A stretch of DNA of 64,000 bases, from assembly GCA_012295275.1 (NCBI GenBank), contig CM022669.1:10788001-10852000 (forward strand), written 5' to 3'. A program made the translations under genes and the position numbers. The notes beneath the pieces are model-generated. The model ran no database searches and was not told where the DNA came from. It was given only the letters and a program-made list of their open reading frames with translations. How positions within the stretch are numbered: the first letter of the stretch is position 1; each line of letters starts with the position of its first letter. Positions 58,407-64,000 of this stretch are shown in pieces. Source of the DNA: Chrysomallon squamiferum. Lineage: Eukaryota > Animalia > Mollusca.

Positions 58407-61400
58407 TCCTTGTCCAGCCATTGTAATTTGGCATCAAAGACACAATCAACTTTATTTGTTCCACATTCCAAAGTGTTCTGTTTCATTTCATCGGTTGATT
58501 GACTTACCTGGTGGATATAATTAAGATCCTATCACCTTATTATTAGCCCAGGTGTGGCTTGCCAACTTACAGGTAAAGTTTCCACTGTGCTGCACATATC
58601 ACAAAGATAATATTTATTCTAGCGGTTTTCATGTTGTTTTAATCTCTGGGCGAGCGTAAAGAGGTTTATGGCTTGTTACACAGACAACGTGGCTAATCGC
58701 TTTGGCTAGGGGACAGGTGTAAAGCAGGTAGTTTGTATAGGAAATGATGCAGTTGTGACTTACTTACCTGCACAGGTGGAAATCAAGTAGTTCTGTACAG
58801 ACTGTTGTTGTAGTGGGTTTACCTGGACAGGTGTAAAGCAGGTAGTTTGTATAGGAACTGATGCAGTTGTGACTTACTTACCTGCACAGGTGCAAATCAA
58901 GTAGTTCTGGTCAGACTGTTGTTGTAGTGGGTTTACCTGGACAGGTGTAAAGCAGGTAGTTTGTATAGGAAATGATGCAGTTGTGACTTACCTGCACAGG
59001 TGCAAATCAAGTAGTTCTATATGGATTCTTTCCGTAGTGGGTTTACCTGGACAGGTGTAAACCAGGTAGTTTGCAGGAACTGATGCAGGTGTGACTTACC
59101 TGCACAGGTGCAAATCAAATAATTCTGTACAGACTGTTGTTGTAGTGGATTTAAATGGACAGGTGTAAACCAGGTAGTTTGCTGGGACTGATCCAGTTGT
59201 AACTTACTTGAAAAGGTGGAAGTCAATAGTGGGTTTAACAGGAGAGGTGAAACAGATAGTTCTGTAAGGATTGGTTAATCTGGACAGGGCAATCAGGTAC
59301 TTTTATGACGACTGTTGCACTAGTGCCTCACCTGAACAGGTGCAAATCAGACAGGTCTATTAGAACTGATTCTTTTGTGTCATACCTTGACAAGTGTATG
59401 TCCAGTGAATTAGATCTAAGATACATTCTGGATTACCTGAACAAAAGTAAACCAGGTAGATGTGGAACTAGATAAGTTCAAATGTAACCTGTGCAGGTGT
59501 AAATAAGTAGATTCTGGAGATTATACTTACCTGTTTGATAGATATTGGTGATTATACTTTCCTGCATGATAAAGGTTGGAGATGAAACTTACCTGCAAGA
59601 TAGATAACAGATGTGATACAGGTGTGGTTTACCTGGACATGTGCAGGTCAGGTAGATAGTGGAGTTCATACAGGTGTAAACAAGGAGATTAAGGCATTGA
59701 TGCAGTTTGACTTACCTGGCTGGTTTATAAAAAAAAAAAAAAAAAAAGAATTGTTGTTAGTTTCTAAATTAATACTTTAATTACTTATGCATGTCAACCT
59801 ACCCAGTCTTTGTGGAATAAAGACTGAGAGTAATTTCATTATAATTCATAACTTTCTTTAGCGCAGATATTGCATTATAATTCATAACTTTCTTTAGCGC
59901 AGATATTGCATTATAATTCATAACTTTCTTTAGCGCAGATATTTCTATTATCTTGTGTAGAATCATGATAATAATGGAAATGAGTATTAAAATGATTTTG
60001 TGTTCTTTGGCTGAGATGTTTTCACCTCTTTGCATTATGCATGAGGGTGGTGGGAGTGTGATCAATACATCTGTTCAGAGCATGTGATGAGATTCATGGA
60101 AATAGTGTGTTTATCTGCATTTGAAAACAATGTCATCGCTTCTGCTGGCAGGTTCTTAAATGCACATCTTAACAAAATGACATTATGAAACCTAATTTGG
60201 TGGTTTGCAATTGCTGCTTGACAAAATACTGGATTATGTGAAACACACAGAAAATCTAAAATGTTCTGGATAAACTGAAATAATTTGGATATTCTGAATT
60301 TATCTGGATAACACGAAATTATTAGCACAAGATAAAATTTTCTGGATAAATTGAAGTAACTTGGATATCCTGTAATTATTTGAATAAAAAAGTATTTAGA
60401 TAATACGAAACCATGTAGTTAACTAGAAATTATGAAGAAAAAAGCTGAGGTGTGCATTATAAAAGAAATTCAGGGTCTTTTCTTTTATTTTCCAGTTTAT
60501 TGCTTCTCGCAGTGTTAAAGAAATATTTTTTATAGGATAAGAAATAAAGTTGGGTATCTACGGCTTTATAATTCTCTTATATTTATTTTATTGTTTGGTG
60601 AGCAGGTCATAACTATTATCTCAGCTTTCAGAGAAACCATGGGACTCTAAAATCATTTGTTATACGATCTCATTCACAAAACATTATGGTTATTTTTTTA
60701 CATTATTATTTTTACTGAAACTGAGGAGTTGATATGTATAATGGATGAACAAAAAAGGTTAGAGAAGAAATGTGATATCAGTTTTTGAAAATGTCAAACT
60801 TCAAACACAGCAAAGTTTGGAAGCGTGTTGATGTGAGGACTCAAACAAACAGGACACAGACACACGCAAATGTCTGTTCATCTGTGGTGTAAGTTACAGC
60901 TGTCTGTCATTGTTGATTTATTTTCTCTCACCTTTATACATTTCTTCTCTCTTTTTTTTTTTTTTATTAAAATACCATGAATATTATTGTGATCATTTTT
61001 TAATGTGGGTTTTTGTTGAAGGTTTGTGTGTGTGTGTCTTTGTGTTTGTGTGTGTTTAGTTCTTATATTTATTTTATTTTATTTTATATTATTATATTTT
61101 GGTTTATATCAGTTATTTAAAATTGTGTGTGTGTGTGTGTGTGTGTGTGTGATTTAAATAAATAAATATCAGAAAGAGTATATTTAGCATCAGGTTATAC
61201 TGAATTCCACAATGATTTTTATTTCCATCTATTACAAAATTTTTAAATAAAACTGTTTACTTAAATATATGATAAACAGATAATATAATAACCATGGTAA
61301 AAATAAAAGTTTGTTTAAATACACGCATATTAATTTTAACAGAGGTGTATTGCTAAAAAATATGTATAAGTAGAAATTATTTTTGGCATTTCTGAATTTA

Positions 61401-62461
61401 CATACGATAAATGGATAATATAATCATTGTAGTAATTAAATTTCATTATTCAATTAAAAACTGAATAAATGACTTAAATACATGCTTTTCATTTCCAAAT
61501 AATTTATAAGTTAGTGGAAACATGACTTTACTAATAAAAAAGTATGACATTAAAAAAAAAGAATAATAATAATAATAAAAATTTCCATTTACATTCTATT
61601 AAAATCATTGCACAGTGTCTTCTGAAAAAAGAGAAAAAAAAATTATATATGTGTATGGCTATATATGTAAATGAGTGTCTGTGTGTTTGTGTGTAGATGT
61701 ATCACACACATACAGACAGATATAAAGTTTGTTTATATTCAACAGCTAGTTTTTTAGACATTAATATATACAGTTTTCATTTCAAATTTCACACCCCTAA
61801 ATAAATAAATAAATAAATAATGTAAAATAGTAAGAAGAAAAAAAAACCCATTAAGTTAATAAATCACTTAAACCTTTTAGTTCTGACACTGAATTACACT
61901 TGTGACATTTCAGTTATCATAATGTCAGAGTGTCTCAGAAATTAAACTCATTGCCTGAAAATAAAATCATTTATTGAAGTACAGGGATATTATTATGTAT
62001 GGGAGAATCACTTTTCATAATCTACATAATTATGTTTGACTTATTATAAATATTTCATATTTATCATCATTATTATTATCTTAATATTGTTACTATTACC
62101 TTTGCTACTTCTATTATTACTTCAACTATTACAACTACTGCTACTTCTATTACTGCTGTACCTACTTTACTATTGTTGCTACATCTACTACCACTACTAT
62201 TCTACTGTAGCTGCTACTGTCCCTTATGTTGTTGTTATTATAATTAGTATCTGTTAAAGAATGATGAAACCTTTATATTGTGTTTGAGTAAGTGTGGTAA
62301 TCATAATGGTAGTAGTGGTAGTAGTAGTAGCAGTATGTCATTATTGTTGTTATCATTATCATTATCATTATTTTTTTTCTTCTTCTTCTTCTTATTATTA
62401 TTGTTATTCTTCTTCTTCTTCATATTATTATTATTATTATTACTGCTATTACTGTTATTAC

Positions 62462-62511
<50 letters not shown>

Positions 62512-62981
62512 CTACTGCTCCTACCACTATTATCATTATTATTAGTAGTAGTAGTAGCAGTATTTGTATTGGTATTAGTATTAATGTTACTGTTATAATT
62601 ATGTATCTCTGTTACTAGTATATCTAAGTGTTATGACTGTTGTAGTTTTGAGGACATATCATGTCTGGGGGAGACACACAGTCTGTCTGAGGTCTCCCTG
62701 GATGGGAACCCAATCAGCCAGGAGCAGTACTACAAACAGGTGATACTTCGACACATGCAGCAGCTCAAACAGCTCGACATGAAGCGAGTCACAGTGAGTG
62801 TCTACGTAATCGTTTAATACTCTTTAGTGGTAGTAGTAGTAATACTCTTTAGTAGTAGTAGTAATACTCTTTAGTAGTAGTAGTAATAATACTCTTTTAG
62901 TAGTAGTAGTAGTAGTAGTAGTAATACTCTTTAGTAGTAGTAGTAATAGTAATACTCTTTAGTAGTAGTAGTAATACTCTT

Positions 62982-63034
<53 letters not shown>

Positions 63035-63238
63035 ATACTCTTTAGTAGTAGTAGTAGTAATATTCTTTAGTAGTAGTAGTAGTAATACTCTTTAGTGGTA
63101 GTAGTAGTAATATTCTTTAGTAGTAGTAGTAGTAGTAGTAGTAGTAATACTCTTTAGTAGTAGTAGTAGTAGTAATAATAATAATAATAATAATAATAAT
63201 ATTAGTAATGACATCAATAATACTAACAACAACAGTAA

Positions 63239-63300
<62 letters not shown>

Positions 63301-63967
63301 TATAATAATAGAAATAGATATAGAAGTAATAAAAATTAAATGGAGTATTTTAATCTAAGTTTTCCATAGGTGATTTTGGCATGTGTCCATGCTCTTTTGA
63401 TTTAACATTCAATGCATTAGATCAAGTATTTAATAAGTTTATATATAGGCAGTGATATTGACTTATGTTGTTCATTAAAGCATACATACAGAAGGAAGCT
63501 CTATTTATTTATATGTCAGCTCTGTAAATGGTCTATGATTGATTGTTTAAACATAACTTCTATAATATCTTAAAGCAGTTACTTTCACTGAAAGTCTCAG
63601 TTTGAAGAAAACAAGTGCTATAAAATTCAGTCACAAATGTATTATTTTAAAATTATTACTTGGTGGATTTTTAATAATAATAATAATAATAAATACCCTA
63701 GTTTCATTCCTTAACTACAACCGAAATCAGTTTTCAAATGGACTACAAATGCCATCATAATAATATACGGATGTATATTACGGAAAAGATAAAAAAGGAT
63801 TTAAACAAATGGATGGAACGGTTAATTATTTAGCCAAAAACAAAGGTGATAAAATTGCGAGTGTTTCAATTATTTGTGTCCAGGAAGAAGAGAGGAGGGT
63901 TGCATTGGTCATGGGCAGGAAGAGTGAGGAGAGAAAGAGAGAGCTCAACAAGCAGGCCATCATGAAA
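50540..63967 (+). CDS. LRRC49: Leucine-rich repeat-containing protein 49 (tubulin polyglutamylase complex subunit, centriolar satellite); core exons, gene continues beyond the window
   Basis: Exons 50540-50710, 51285-51390, 51862-52065, 52520-52586, 53709-53852, 54602-54663, 62646-62793, 63884-63967; all GT-AG and in frame. Protein: ...PDRLNLDRRKLHVCPILEGEEQLRLLNYQHNQISRI...LDLYDNNIEEI...LGKNRIKKIENL...LDLHGNQI...LFLSFNEISSFEDISCL...LDGNPISQEQYYKQVILRHMQQLKQLDMKRVTEEERRVA..., collinear with vertebrate LRRC49 as I recall it. Confidence 0.93.
51430..51880 (+). repeat. Degenerate ~105-bp tandem repeats filling an LRRC49 intron and including acceptor look-alikes
   Basis: ttttgcag|gaggagagtacatgtt (51453) and cttcactttaccattgtttttcag|gagaaa (51755) versus the real cttcactttaccag|gaggaagctacatgtt (51861). 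Confidence 0.7.
52165..52262 (-). mobile_element. SINE fragment, same family as 43500-43750
   Basis: cacttcacgggctactctttttaataagcagtaagag core. Confidence 0.5.
57143..58050 (+). mobile_element. SINE copy whose central domain is tandemly amplified about 8 times
   Basis: tRNA-like head (gggctatagttcag...ctgtaggatcaaatc), then repeated ctat...tctg(c/t)gggaaag...gtaaaagatcc.ttg.tg units. Two 98-bp units (57344-57441, 57442-57539) are near-identical. Ends with ...aaaaatagcccat and an AT-rich tail. Confidence 0.55.
58711..59720. repeat. Higher-order minisatellite (~110-114-bp dimer of ~56-bp subunits) in the ~8-kb LRRC49 intron (54664-62645)
   Basis: Units start at 58711, 58825, 58939, 59049 and 59157, then decay. 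Each subunit contains quasi-palindromic ACCTG(C/G)ACAGGT. Confidence 0.9.
59837..59943. repeat. 36-bp perfect tandem repeat x3
   Basis: cattataattcataactttctttagcgcagatattg. Confidence 0.9.
62815..63180. repeat. Compound minisatellite taatactcttt(agt)n
   Basis: Fixed 11-mer alternating with variable-length AGT runs, starting about 20 bp after the donor at 62793. Confidence 0.9.
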
Positions 63968-64000
63968 GTAGGTTCATCAGTTTTCACTTCAGACATTTCT

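Noticed and set aside
58711-59250. Regular repeats with palindromic cores as a CRISPR array
   Set aside because: The intervening sequences are themselves repeated rather than unique spacers; there are no cas genes and the context is a eukaryotic intron.
59799-60065. ORF with repeated ISALKKVMNYNA
   Set aside because: Product of a 36-bp tandem repeat, antisense within an intron, with no splice support.
60080-60280. GTGATGA as a C/D snoRNA C box
   Set aside because: No suitably spaced CTGA D box or terminal stem.
62815-63180. Constant 11-mer with variable spacers as a CRISPR-like array
   Set aside because: The spacers are only AGT runs.

Overview
AT-rich, microsatellite-dense, intron-containing animal DNA; it is not prokaryotic, and a gastropod mollusc is my tentative guess from repeat style. 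Most entries in the supplied ORF track are microsatellite artefacts. Manual splice reconstruction gives five genes. (1) The 5' part of a secreted beta-lactamase/serine-hydrolase family gene (- strand, runs off the left edge). (2) A complete 4-exon RIIAD1 (+) with an RFX X-box. (3) An uncharacterised Arg/Pro/Ser-rich multi-exon gene (-, about 289 aa, tail-to-tail with RIIAD1). (4) A complete 10-exon GALT (-) with one GC-AG intron. (5) The 5' part of LRRC49 (+), head-to-head with GALT, with candidate alternative first exons and microexons. The main unexplained pattern is that in four genes, intronic tandem repeats are degenerate copies of the adjacent exon-intron junction, creating arrays of decoy splice sites; in GALT these are AG|GT sites. 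I see no clear new multi-gene system. All models are hand-derived and unverified by RNA data.
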